A stretch of 64,000 nt of DNA, from positions 196,788,001 through 196,852,000 of the forward strand of contig OZ038378.1 of the NCBI GenBank assembly GCA_964036045.1, in the 5' to 3' direction. The position numbers were made by a program, and so were the translations under genes. The stretch comes from Eutreptiella sp. 'Long Island Sound 2002' (Eukaryota; Protista; Euglenida). Within the stretch, counting starts at the first letter, position 1; each line of letters opens with the position of its first letter. Positions 37,401-49,970 of this stretch are shown here, piece by piece. Under the pieces are notes generated by a model, which had not been told where the DNA came from, did no database searches, and saw only the letters and a list, made by a program, of their open reading frames with translations.

Positions 37401-39949
37401 GGCTGAAACATTACAGTTCTGCGGCGAGGCATGCGGACCCCTTGGAGAGCCTGGAACAAGTATGGTTGATCGTTAGGTGCAATCTGAGTACATATAAATC
37501 CCTGCGGACCCACCCAGCATCAAGAGGGACACTCCTGGTTGAAAGACCCTTGTGTGGTCATTTCTGCAAGGATGGCCAAACACTTGGTTTGCCCGTTTGC
37601 GGCCATCATGCGTCGATCCACATCCAAATTGCAATGCGCACCCGCCAACCTGAAGGAGTCGGCAACAGAAGCACCCGCCCCCCTCGGCCAGCACCCTGCA
37701 CGCAGCCCGTTTCTCATCACTTCCAGTATGCAGTGGCCAGTGCACTCATTGAATTACGCCTGAGACACAAACACCGCCTGCCATATATTTCACCACCATG
37801 AAGCGGTGTGTCTTGATGTATGTTGTGCAGGGGGCGAATGGGGTGCCAAGTGTCGCAGTCTGCAAGGGGCAAAGGGCGCCCGGTGTACTGTTGCGTAACG
37901 GGAACGGGGCATGGCACGGCTATGGGTGCCACGCCGTCATATACACGATTCGGGTGACCTGCCCCCTGCAAATGGGGGCTGGTGAACGATTCCGCAGGCG
38001 GAAAAGAGTTCACCGGCCCCTTCCAGGCACCGAAAACGGGCAGGTCAGCCAAATGCTCTAAACCCGTCAGCTGCGCGTTTCCGTCAATAATTCCTCATGC
38101 ATGCCCTACGCCCTACGCCCCAAGCGTTTCCTTCTATTCTCCTGGCCCACGACCAGAAAGTGGAACTGCGTCAAAGGTGATGCTTCACAGTCAACCATTC
38201 TGCATTGAATGGAATCATTTGTCGTCCATTTCCTCGAGCTGCGGTTGGGCAGAACGATCGCAGCGCCGACAGAAGCTCACTGCATGCAAGATTCACTGCT
38301 GGCAATACGACATGACACTACAACGCTCTGCGTTCCGAAAAGTGTTGCACCTGCCATAACAGCGCCATCGTTATTGGATGGAACTGCATCAGTCACGCAG
38401 CACCCTAGCAATGCCATTCCGCTTACATTCAGGCACTTCTGTTTACAGCATTACCGTGTGGCAGGACGATACAAAGTCTTAGGCCACACCAGGACCCCAC
38501 ATGTCTTTCTTTGCCAGAATCATTTGCCTGCAGAATGTTCTGACAACCCTGTTCGATGGACAACTACCGCTACCAGACGGTGTTGAGCGATCGAAGCCAG
38601 CCCTCACTCCCATCGAAACCCGCACATCGCTGAGGAACCCTCACCAAGTGACGATCCCCGGCCCACCGGAAAGTCATAAAATTTTGTGCTACATTAGGGA
38701 CAGTTGCGGGGTGTACTCCAGGGCATGGGGGCATGAGGGGGAACTCTTTGAAATAATCTTGTTTGATGCGACCACTTTGCTGTCAACTGAGGAGTTCAGA
38801 TGGAAAAACAGGTGCTCATTGGTACCTGATGGGCGTGGGTCGGTGCATATTGGTACGCAGTTGTGACAGAGTGGAGTAGAATGTCCTCGGTATACGTGTG
38901 GTTTTGCTCTTTGGTACGGGCCCCCAGTCTCCCCCCCTCGCCCCCTCCGTTGGACCCCCTGCCTAGCCCCCCCCCCCAGATTGTTTGTAGGCTTTGTAAG
39001 CGGCCTTGGGTTTGTGTGTAATTGGTACAGAGGGGTTTGTACATTGCTGTGCATTTAGCGCAGAGGCGGTGACATATTGAAATGTCGTGAGTCAGGAGGG
39101 GGTGGTGACTACAGCGATAGCACTGCAACATGGGAGGAGGACTCAGGGTGGTGCATTTCAGTATGTAGTCCGGACTGAGGGGCGGGTAAAATAACATGGG
39201 CGAACAATACTGCAATATGGGACAAAATTGGACAACACGGGGGTGAAATAAATCAAACTGGAAACCCTGCACCAAATTCTGATTGCAAGGTAATGCGCAC
39301 AAAATCGCAAGTGGTCCTGACAAGCCTTTGAGCGATTGCTGCAGTGGTCCAGAGAGACGGGCCCGAAATTGTCATCGACCTGGTGGAATCCGCAACATGA
39401 CCGCCCCGGTGCACCCCCAATTTGTACAGGTTGACTGGGAGCAGTCATGCTCATCACCTTAAGTTCCCGCACCCCCAAATATTATGCTCGTCATGAACGT
39501 GATGCTTGGATTCTTCAAGTACAGCCAAGCGGTCAACAGTTGCAGCCAAGCTGTCACGGGTGCAGCTGCCAGCTGCACAGATCCGTGCAACGCCATCGTA
39601 GAATTTGGGAAACATCTCCGAAAGCAAGGGATTTGCATGGGGTGTTTTCATCCTGGCTGCGATGGCTGCTGCATCCTGTCGGTCTCAACCCCGCTTGGCA
39701 GTGACAAGCACCTGCACATACAGGCATCACTACGCCAAAGGCACCATCAATCACCCAAGCGACAACTACCTTAGTTTGCCAAAGTTAGGAGGATGGCTGT
39801 GTGAGCAGTGAGCCATGCAAAAATTCTATTGCTCTCGGCAAGCTCCATCGTAGAAAGTTGCTTTGAACAATGGAGCTAAAAGTAGGGCAAAATGCTCAAA
39901 ATGCTTTGAGAGATCCGTGGGCACCAAAGGGGGTAGAGCACCAATACCA

Positions 39950-41260
39950 GAACGCCCCCATTGATGTGCCTAGGAAGACGAAGCGGAGTGATCAATGATC
40001 CTTGGTTGCCGCTTCCTCGCACCGCAACATGCATCCCGGGACAAGAATCAGTGCTAATGCAAACATGTCTGTGACAACAAAACTGCAATACTGTCAACGT
40101 GGGCACACGGCTCCTCTAGAAAACGGCACAATTGCAACAAACAACGTGCCCTCATCGAGCAAGCAGCCCAATTGCCAAAAGACCTCCATGGCATACTTTG
40201 TGACATCTTGGTTCACGCTTCAGCCCTCCAATCCTCGTTCTTACATACAAACGCCACTTCTCGTGCAACGTTAGTTGCAGAGCTTTGCGCTGGGATGAAG
40301 GTAAAAACAGCCGTTTGCATCTCATCTCCCTTGATGGACTCCACCCCCATCCCTGTGCAACATTGTTGAAGCTCACCGCTCAAGGACTCCAGCCACGTAT
40401 CATCGTCCAACAAGCCCTAGAGAGACATGCACAAGCACCTCAAAATCACCACAAAACAGCCATTATTCAAGTGGCAAGTGAGGGTGTGAACAACGCACAA
40501 CGCGTTCGATTGGTACTTAGAGATGCCTATCCTCGAACCACGCGCGCTTACGAGCTCAACGATTTTCTCCGCCGGAAATATTTGAAAAAGAAAAGCATGT
40601 AGCCCCGGGAAATCGCGACTTATTACATTTTTCGGCCTCCGCAGCCCAAAAAATTTTACAAGCGCACGGCTTGCACCCTTTCCCAGCCAGGCTAGGGTGA
40701 AAAAAAAAAGAGTTGAAAAAGGCAGGGCGCGCGCGCGCCATTGTCCTCTACATGTCGGCGGACCCATTGAGAGAACTTGAGGTTGCGATGGACGGCAGTG
40801 GGTGTTACAAACCCACCACCACTACATTGGCCAAAATAGAAGATTCAACGGATCAAAGTCAAACATCTAGGGCAAGCAATCCACACCTTCCAAAAGTGTA
40901 GATAATCCTCTTTGTCGATGTCTGTGGGAAGAAAGCAATCGCAAAATGCCTTCAAAGCCACACCTTTCTCCATCTTGACCTTCGTTGTACGGGCAGAATT
41001 CAATTGCTCACACCACTTGTTCAATTTCTCTTGCAAATGTTGGTTCATGGTTTGTTTGCCTTGTGTTCCTTGCGCCATCTTTTTTCTTATAAATAAAAAT
41101 TTCTCAAGCAAACGACAATAATGATAAAAGGCGAGACCCGCTCATACACGGCAACAACACCCAACTTGCTTACCCTACTTGCTTGCCCACAACACCATCA
41201 TCCTCCAGCACGGTGAATGTTCCAACTGTGTTGGTGCACCATGAGCAAATACCCAACACC
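39950..41260 (-). mobile_element. Possible ancient hAT-like transposase relic
   Basis: Fragments GVVAVYERVSPFIIIVVC and ALALILVPG...RGS...LITPLR loosely resemble the hAT catalytic-core and dimerisation motifs. Heavily broken. Confidence 0.3.
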
Positions 41261-42311
41261 ACAACCGCAAAACTTTTGGGGACTGCACCCAGCGGACTTC
41301 CTCATCATTGGGGACAAGGGTGGCTATCACGTCTTTAGCATTGGGGGCAGAGGGGTCAATGAGTTTGGACAGCAGTGATCAGCCGGAAACACTCGGAAAC
41401 CAGTGCCACTAGGTTGTCTCAATCCGGAAGGGGTGGGCATCAAACACTTTGTGTGGTAGGCTAGCCGATCTGTTGGGGTCCAGCACCCCCCCCCCCCAGC
41501 CCCCCAACTTTGAGCCACAGATCACAGACCACCAACCCCGTTTCCCCCCGCCCCTCAATTCCTACCTTGATCCATGGATCAGCTTGTAACCAATCCCTCA
41601 CTTGTCTTACTTATCTTGTTGCTGAATCCCTCTTCAGGTACCGTAGAGCAAGGCAGGGCACAATGCGCAATGTAGGTGAATCTGTAACATCGTTCTTTCA
41701 CCCCTGGGGCTGTGTGCCCCAGTTTGGTTCCCCATGCATGCGCTGGGTTTTTCGGTGGTGACATGTTGTGCTGGGGGAAGGGGGGGGGCTGTGGGCTTTC
41801 CTGTATTCCGGTCCTTGGTACTTGTTTCTCAGTACGCTGGTGTGGGGCTCTGGCCTCATGGGGTGAATACCCTAGTGTCCATTGTGGTGGTGGTGTCACT
41901 TTGCTCACAGGTCTCAAGGCTATGGAAGGGCCGGTGCGAAATGCGCAGCATGAGTGGGCCCTGGAGTAGGCCTGAGAATCTCCATCAGCCGGTAAGTGCT
42001 GTAGCTGTGTGCCGTTGTCGTGTACTCCTTTTGTTGGTGGTGTGTGGGTGGTGGGGGGTCTTTGGGTAATTGCTGCTCGATGCCCCATTTTTCACAATAC
42101 AGGTACAGCAAACGTTTCCACAATACCCCTGGATATCCTTTGGTGTTGTCGTCTTTATGTATGAGTTACAGATTGTGCTTAACAGACTGGTCATCGAGGA
42201 GGTACAGCGATGCGTTTTTGGAAAGGGTTGGTGTCATATGAGCAACCGTGTCGGCCATGCCGAGGACCAATACACACACATACACACACACACACATTGC
42301 ACACAGACACA

Positions 42312-42353
<42 letters not shown>

Positions 42354-44257
42354 ACGATGCATGGTCGCTGAGGCGTCTCAGCCAGTGACACTGACAGATG
42401 ACTCGCCTGCTGTGCTATTCACACATTATATGGATAACACAAAACTTGCCTTCTGCAACATCCCCTGCCATACACATTCATATGTCCGCTTATTCGTTGA
42501 AAAACTGCAAAAGACTTTCTCTACTGGGTCCCTTGCACATGGGAACCTGAGGGCCAGTTTTTACACTGGGGCGAATGTACTGTGACGTGTACCGCAGCTA
42601 GGGGACGCAAGTGCACACACACAAAGGAGCAAGATTTGAATCGCCGCTTTTCCATGTTCATACGTCTCATGATGTTGCACTCTTCCAACAACATTCCCAA
42701 TGTGTACACAATGCAAAGCAAAAGAGCAAGGGCTCAACAGTGTCAATAGGACATCAGAATCTGTGTGACAAGCAGGCTATGAGAATTCACAGCTCAGGTT
42801 CACTTGATTTTGATTTTGGATTGCAGGTTATGTCTTTTTGACACCGTGGAGCTTTTGCTCGTTGCCTTTGGCATTGCGTTGCACACACACACCTTGCGCG
42901 CAATGGTGCTTTGGGACTCACACCCCAAAGCGCGCCTCGGTCGTATTCTGCGCCCAAGAGGTAACTATTTTTTGGACGTCAACCCACTGTGTTGCATGGT
43001 TGCTAAGACTTCTCAGCATGTGGCATTGACGGATGACTCGCCAGCGATCCTCTTCACCCATTATATGGACAACACATACTAAGCGTTTTGCAACCTGCCT
43101 GCCCATGTGTATAAGTATGTCCGTGACTTTGTTGTTCTTTTACAAGACATTCTTTACCAGGCCCATTCAAGTGGGAGCCCGAGGGCCAGTTTTTACAATC
43201 GGGCGAATGTGCTGCGATGAGCACCCCCACTAACCTCACCCTCACCTTGAAAGGGGTTCCCCCCACAATAGAAGTTAGTAGGGCCGTTTTTTAGCACGGC
43301 CATGTGGGACCGTTGGCCTGACCGTGGTATTGCAATCCATGTTGTCAGCGCTTGGACATAAGTCCATTTCTGTGCTATGCCGCGAACATAATATTCAACC
43401 ATTGCCATGGGCCCTGGGTACAAGCGCTACAGGTGGGAGTGGTGGAATCGATTGCTCAAGTGTCGGCTTGAGGGACTGGGGCTAGGCGCGTTGTGCGAGT
43501 ACCGGTTGTCTAGGTCAAGTACAAGGCAAACGAAACCCTTCAAATGATCATGAGACTAAAAAGAAAGCATGACAGCACATGAAGTATTTCTTGATCTCTG
43601 TAAATACACACACTATGTTTGTCCTTGTCTTTCATTTGCTCGCTACCCCTGATCTTCCCCATGTCCACAATATCAAAACTACACTCAGGCACATTTAGGT
43701 TAGGCGTGTATGCACAACACCAATACTCATATCGTACATGTTGGCACCTTCACTGGAAAAAAAATTGTCCGCCCTCCCCTCCCTTCATGTGTGTACTAAC
43801 TGTAGATCCGGTGTAGTAGCCGCATCAGAGTGCATCTGTGGACCTGCCCAGGTCCCTTCCTTTGCCCAGCCAAGGAGCTGGGCCATAGATACAACCGTCT
43901 GAACACGAAAGCGAGCTAAAAACTTGATGAGTGTAGGCCCCCCATAGGCCCCCCATAGGCTAGGTTCGGATGCCCAGCCCCCACACAAGGGAATGCAAAT
44001 TTGTGATGAGGTCAGAGGGGCAGAGGGCTCACCAGATGCATGCTTTTACACAACAAGGAGGGAAACTGAGACCTCCAAACTTTTCTAGCATGCAGCAATG
44101 CCCAATCCACCCATCACTCCATTCACCCGCCTTAGCTCGTGAGATCCATCTGTCTAGTTCCTGCAACACACTCATGTGTCAAAGAAAACTCAGCGCCTCA
44201 AGGCGTGGGCCCGTGACGGTGCCCACGTGGCGAACATATTGGGTAGGGGAGGAGGGT

Positions 44258-44300
<43 letters not shown>

Positions 44301-46222
44301 TGATTACTCTCTTGAGGACCATTGTGCTACTGATTTGTAGGTGTGCCGTGGGTCATGATATTAGATCTTGCTAACGGTGAAAGAAAAAGCCCTAGAAACC
44401 GGCCTTTTGAACACCTTGGTTTGCAAGAAGTGTACGGAAAGGTGCGTGTGTGTGGGTGTGTGGGTGTGTGGGTGTGTGTGCGCAACGCCATGCCAACGGC
44501 AACGAGCAGGGAGAGAAATTGGGAGCGGCCGCGAAGGTTTCTGGCAGTGCTCAGGGGCCTTAAAGGTGCCATTTTTTGGAGCTCTCTCTACTTGTGCTAG
44601 TATCCAAACCGCAAAATGACCAACCAACCACACCGTGCCCATGGGGGCACAATCCCCATGGTCTGTCACGGTGTATTCCGCTACGTCCCGGTAGACTGAC
44701 CATCTTTTGCATGTGCTGCAACCCGTGTTATGTTGTTCCTATGCCACAGTGTGACAAATGGTGCCATGCCCCAAACCCACAAGCAGGCCAGTATTTTGGG
44801 ACATGACTAATGTTGCTTCGTCGTGTCACTAAAGGTCACATGGTTGTCCCCTCGACATACTTTCCATTTTTCCACTGGAATTTTTGCCGCGGAAATCTCG
44901 CACATGGCATCCATGCGACGTGGGCATCCAGAAGCCTTATTACCACATGGCATCATGCATAGCCACCTCAGGTTGCACAATTGGTCCATGTTCATGGTGC
45001 GGTTTGATTTTTCATGGACTTGTCATCATCACCCCTAGTATGTCCCAAATTAAATGGTCCATGCTCACTATACTACATGGAACATATAGCCGGTGACGAC
45101 TAACGCCTGCAGGCAAGTTCGACAAAGTATGTTGAACCACAAGAGGATAAGGCACAACAATCCCTTGCATCAAAGTTCGGGTAGTGCAACGGCACGTAGG
45201 CAAGGTTAGGCCGAGACCAAAAGAGCAACAACTTGAAAAGGGGCCATGCTCTCGAGACCCCCCCCCAAAGAAATTGACCGGGTGCTACTACCACTAGCAA
45301 GACTAGAGGATCAGGATAATTCCCAATCTCAATCAAAGCATGATGATGGCATCAGGTGCTATTCCGCTTACGTGCCAAGCATTTAGTGTGTTTTCAACAC
45401 ACCAATAGCACGGATCGAGATTCCAATTGTAAAACTTGGTGCATAATTGAAGCTTAGTGCATTTCAAATGTGTGGCGATGGTATTTGGACTGAAAATCTT
45501 GGCAAAAAGTTACTTAGAAAAACACTATCAACAGAGAACAGGTAGATTTGTTTCGGTTTTTTTTCTCGTGAGCGTTCAAAACAACTTTCGCACCACCTAA
45601 GCGTAGTTGGGAAGCCGGGTTATGCACCCAAACGTTGTGTCCCCCACTTGTAGCCCTGGCAAGGTCCAAATGTGGCAATTGCAATGGGGGAACATTGCCA
45701 TCGATGCGGTAGTCGCTAAGGTACCTTAGAACACATTTTGACTCGAAGGGACAAAATGTCATGGACCCTGGCCACCCGAGAATGAATCGGGCACAAACTT
45801 GGGGGGTGCCTCGTCGCCCATGACCCAAGGAAAGGCCCACAAACCATACTGAAAAGCGAAATAACACGGGGATTTCACCATGATGAGACAAGACAGGCAG
45901 GGAATGTTGGATTACTTACACAAAATCGCACATTCCGAGAAATCACATATGGGGCCAATTATGACCCATGAAAATGTTCCTTTCTCATTCCTGTGAATCT
46001 TCGTGAAAATTCGGTGTTCCAGTGGTCCAATTTCGATTTTGCTTTATGTGTCTGAGTCGCGAAAGTGTTGCGGCGCGGCTACAGGCTATCTGGCCCGGCG
46101 AGATAGAACCCGGTACAACAAAAACTCAAATTAGAACACCAGGTTGTTGTATTCTTGTGTTGCAGGCCAAGTATTTTTTAATTTCTTCACTTCAACAAGC
46201 CCTTGTCTGATTGTAGGTGAAG

Positions 46223-49200
46223 ATGGACGCGAAAGAGAAAGCAAGAATTGAAGGGGAGGCGATGGAAAAGGAAGTTGAGAAGTGGAAAATCAAGCAGTTG
46301 ATCAAAAACTTGCAATCAGCACGCGGTAATGGAACCAGTATGATCACGCTCATGCTTACTCCAAAGGATCAAATTGCACTAATGACGAAGAAGCTGAACG
46401 AAGAGCATGGAACGGCTCAGAACATTAAGTCGCACGTGAACAAGTATGACTGAACTCAGCCTGCTTCCTTGCCACGGCTGCGACAGAGGTCCGCGGTTGA
46501 GGGTTGTCTCCATCTTCCTTCAGACTTTCAGTGTTGACTGCAATCACCTCGGTACTTCAACGACTGAAACTGTACAACAGAGTTCCTCCAAACGGCCTCA
46601 TCATTTATTCTGGTATGCTTTTTCCCAGTGCGTGCGAAGCGGGTGGTCTGCTGAAGTTTTCGCAGTTAGCTCCTTCGCTGATCAATATCGTTTCTTGCGA
46701 ATATACCGAACCCAGGTACCGTGATGACGGACGACAACAAAGAAAAGAAAATCACCATGGACATGGAGCCGTTCAAGCCAGTTCCTCGGACTATGTACAT
46801 GTGTGACAATAAGTTCCACACAGAGGTTTGCCCAACAGAACTGAATTTTAGTGTCAGCTGTGGGAATACTCGGGTTGTGCCTCCGCAAGTTACCTGTTTT
46901 TTCAGGCACTGGCAGAGATGCTCGAAAGCGACGACAAGTTCGGTTTCATTGTCATGGACGGGAACGGTGCGTTGTTTGGAACTTTGTCAGGAAGTACCAG
47001 AGAAATTCTCCACAAATTCAGCGTCGAACTGCCAAAGAAGCACGGTCGCGGTGGGCAATCTGCTTTGCGTTTCGCTCGACTCCGTCTCGAAAAGCGTCAC
47101 AACTACGTTCGTAAGGTGGCAGAGCTGGCAACGCAATGTTTCATCAACGTGGACAGGGTATGAAGAACTTCGTTGGGAACTTGTCGGAAACAGGGTCCGA
47201 AGTGCCCTAGGCAGTTGCGCTGCACATGTTCTATTGTGTACAGCCAAATGTGACGGGACTTGTGCTTGCCGGTTCCGCTGACTTCAAGAACGACCTCGCA
47301 TCCTCCGACCTGTTCGACCAGCGTCTCCAACCCATCATCATGAAGGTGGTGGATGTTGCCTACGGTGGAGAGAATGGCTTCAATCAGGTGTGGCCAGCGT
47401 TGTAGCAGTTGACTTGGCCTGAACCTACGCGTTGCACTTCGTTTGCTGTACGCCACCTGCCATAGGCCGTGGAGCTCAGCGCAGACTGTTTGGCTGGCGT
47501 GCGCTTCATCCAAGAGAAGAAGCTGATTAACAAGTATTTCGATGAAATTTCAAAAGGTAATTTTGGCCGTCTGGTTGCTGACACTCTGTTGCCAACGTTT
47601 GCGTGCGCACGCCCGCGCTTCTTGTTGTGTCACAGACACAAATCTTTACTGCTTTGGCACGACCGACACGTTAAAGTGCTTGGAAATGGGTGCCGTCGAG
47701 AAGCTAATTGTCTGGGAAGAGTTGGATACCATGCGGTTGGTTGCCAGAAATCCTGCTACTGGAGGTATGTGCTCGAAATTCTTCGCAAGTTGCTTTCACT
47801 ATTTGTGCGCTGCTAGCCGAACTGCCTCGACCTGGTGCACGTTGGACCCCGAGGTGAGTTGCGCTGCCTTTTGCAGAGGAAACCCCGCACTTCCTGACTC
47901 CAAAGCAAACCGAGGACCGGAAGTATTATGTGGACCAAGAAACAGGTGCGTGCGCACAGTTTGCTGACAGCTTGCTGCCAAGATCTTCTCTCGCCAGCTC
48001 ACGCGGGCAGTCGGACGGGGCCTGGGCCAACTGTCTGTCACTGAGCTTGAACTAGTTTGAATCGAAGAATTGAAGCAACTTTTTTGAGACTGTGGAGTGC
48101 ATCACCTCTTTGTTTCTGAAGTTTTCACGTGTCATTGCCCCAGCCCCTTGCCCCCGTCCAAACACCCTTGTAGGGTGAAAAACCCATAAATAAGGTCTAG
48201 AACATGCTTTACATGGGATATTTTATCATTGTGAATGGTCAGAATACACAAGAAACGGTTTCAGAAAGTTGCATTTTTGTAATGTAGAGGGTGGAAAACT
48301 GCATGAGCAGGTGTTACCCCAGCCCCCTTGGGTGGTTGTCATCTCTCAAACATTCAGCCCCCCCCCCCCAGGTTTGGCATAGAGAATAAAGATGCACTTA
48401 TGCCTGACTGTGGAGTGCATTACCTCTGGTTTGCATTTGTCTGTTTTTTAATTAGGTCACACCCCCGGCTTTGCTAGAGGAAGGTCACAGGGTGGTGAGA
48501 AGCCGATGGGCACCACCGCCTATTGAGGGAAAAGGTCCAAGGGAAGGGCAGCGAATGGCGATCGGCCAGTAGGCGCCGCCAGCTGCAGACGAGATCATCA
48601 CACCATGGCGTCATGCCAAAACGCCCCTGGCTTTGCTGTCGTGTTGTTTTTTTTTGCTTGATGTTTGTTGTTGTCATTCCTCTTCGTCCATGTTTCTTTG
48701 GTTGACTTGTCATATGCGGATTGCATTTTTTGTTTTTTTCTGTTCTTTTATGTCTGTTGTTGTCCTCAGCTTGTTGTTCTTGGTATTTGTTTCGCCGGTT
48801 AGATGTCTTTTGTCTTGCGTTGTTGTTGGCCGGCTTGGGATGGCCGCTTGGACGCACCTGGCCAACGGCGAAGGCATTTGCCTTCCTCTGCGTGGACTCG
48901 ACGCGGAGAAGTGAAACAGGGCAAATCCGGTGGCTCCGTTGGCACAACCGACCAAGGGAATGGAAAGGGAAGGAGTGGTGAGAGGCTGATGGGCACCACG
49001 GCCTACGGAGGGAAAGGCCAAGGAAAGGGAAAGGGAAGTAGAGAGGGAAGGTTAGGGCAAGGAGGAAGAGGAAGGTCACAGGGTGGTGAGAGGCCGATGG
49101 GCACCACCGCCTGTGGAGGGAAAGGGTCCAAGGGTCCCCTCTGTCCCCCTGTACTGGAGAACACAAAAGGAGACTGCAGGTTAAGGAGTGCAATACCTCA

Positions 49201-49970
49201 ATCTAATCCTTTTGCTGGATGTGTCATCTCTATCAATATTTCAAGCATCTAAATTAGGTAGGTACTATTCCCCCCGTCCTCCTCGCTCCCGTATGCCCCC
49301 CAGATCTAATTTCCTTTTTTACATGCCCCCATTTTGATTGTCTGTCTGGAATCGGTATTTTGCATGATTCAACATAGGTGCTGCATTGGAGGTGGAATCG
49401 CAGCAGGTCATTGAGTGGTTTGCGGAGAATTACAAGAAGTTCGGATGCTCACTGGAATTCGTCACCAATAAGTCTCCCGAAGGCAGCCAGTTTGTGAAGG
49501 GCTTTGGTGGAATCGGAGGTGTGCAGCAGTAAAGTGGGCCAAGTTTCCATCTGCGACACTCTGCATGCACCTGCTGCTTCAGTGCCAACGCTTGTGCTAT
49601 CTTTTGATTTTTGCATTTTTTTGTTGTGTCTGTGTCCAGGTACATTGCGTTATCCTGTGGATTTGGTGCAGCTGCAGGAGTTGGAGGAGGGTAAAGGAGG
49701 TGGAATGTATGCAGATGACACTGAGATCAACGAGCAAGACGATTTTGACGAAGACGATTTTATGGTGCCCCCAGTCTTTGCTAGTGTCGCCTGTGCAACC
49801 CTGCCATGGACCCTAAATTCGGGGTGATCTGATGTGTTCATCAGAGATGCGCTTGCAAAATTCCTTGCTCGTCACGCATGGGTGTTGTGTGGGTTGTGTG
49901 TGTTTCACGGGTGTGCTGCATGCCAGGCACTGAACATGGGTCGGGTGTATCCATTTGTGGTCCACAGTGA
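46223..49970 (+). CDS. ETF1: Eukaryotic peptide chain release factor 1, 457 aa. Exons 46223-46443, 46524-46612, 46716-46825, 46906-47157, 47244-47387, 47466-47556, 47636-47764, 47877-47945, 49378-49518, 49640-49764 (plus putative stop exon 49968-49970)
   Basis: [38 protein letters not shown] and GFGGIGG motifs. All junctions are GT-AG and the exons sum to 1371 nt in frame. Confidence 0.95.
48385..48625. repeat. Dispersed composite repeat: GACTGTGGAGTGCAT block plus GAGGGAAAGGGTCCAAGGGAAGGGCAGCGAATGGCGATCGG block; copies at 50560-50970, 48960-49130 and inverted at 4257-4335
   Basis: Direct sequence identity between copies. Confidence 0.8.

Noticed and set aside
46223-49970. Stop-codon reassignment inferred from the eRF1 variant
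   Set aside because: Intact exons contain no in-frame stops, and TAA and TGA both end genes here.
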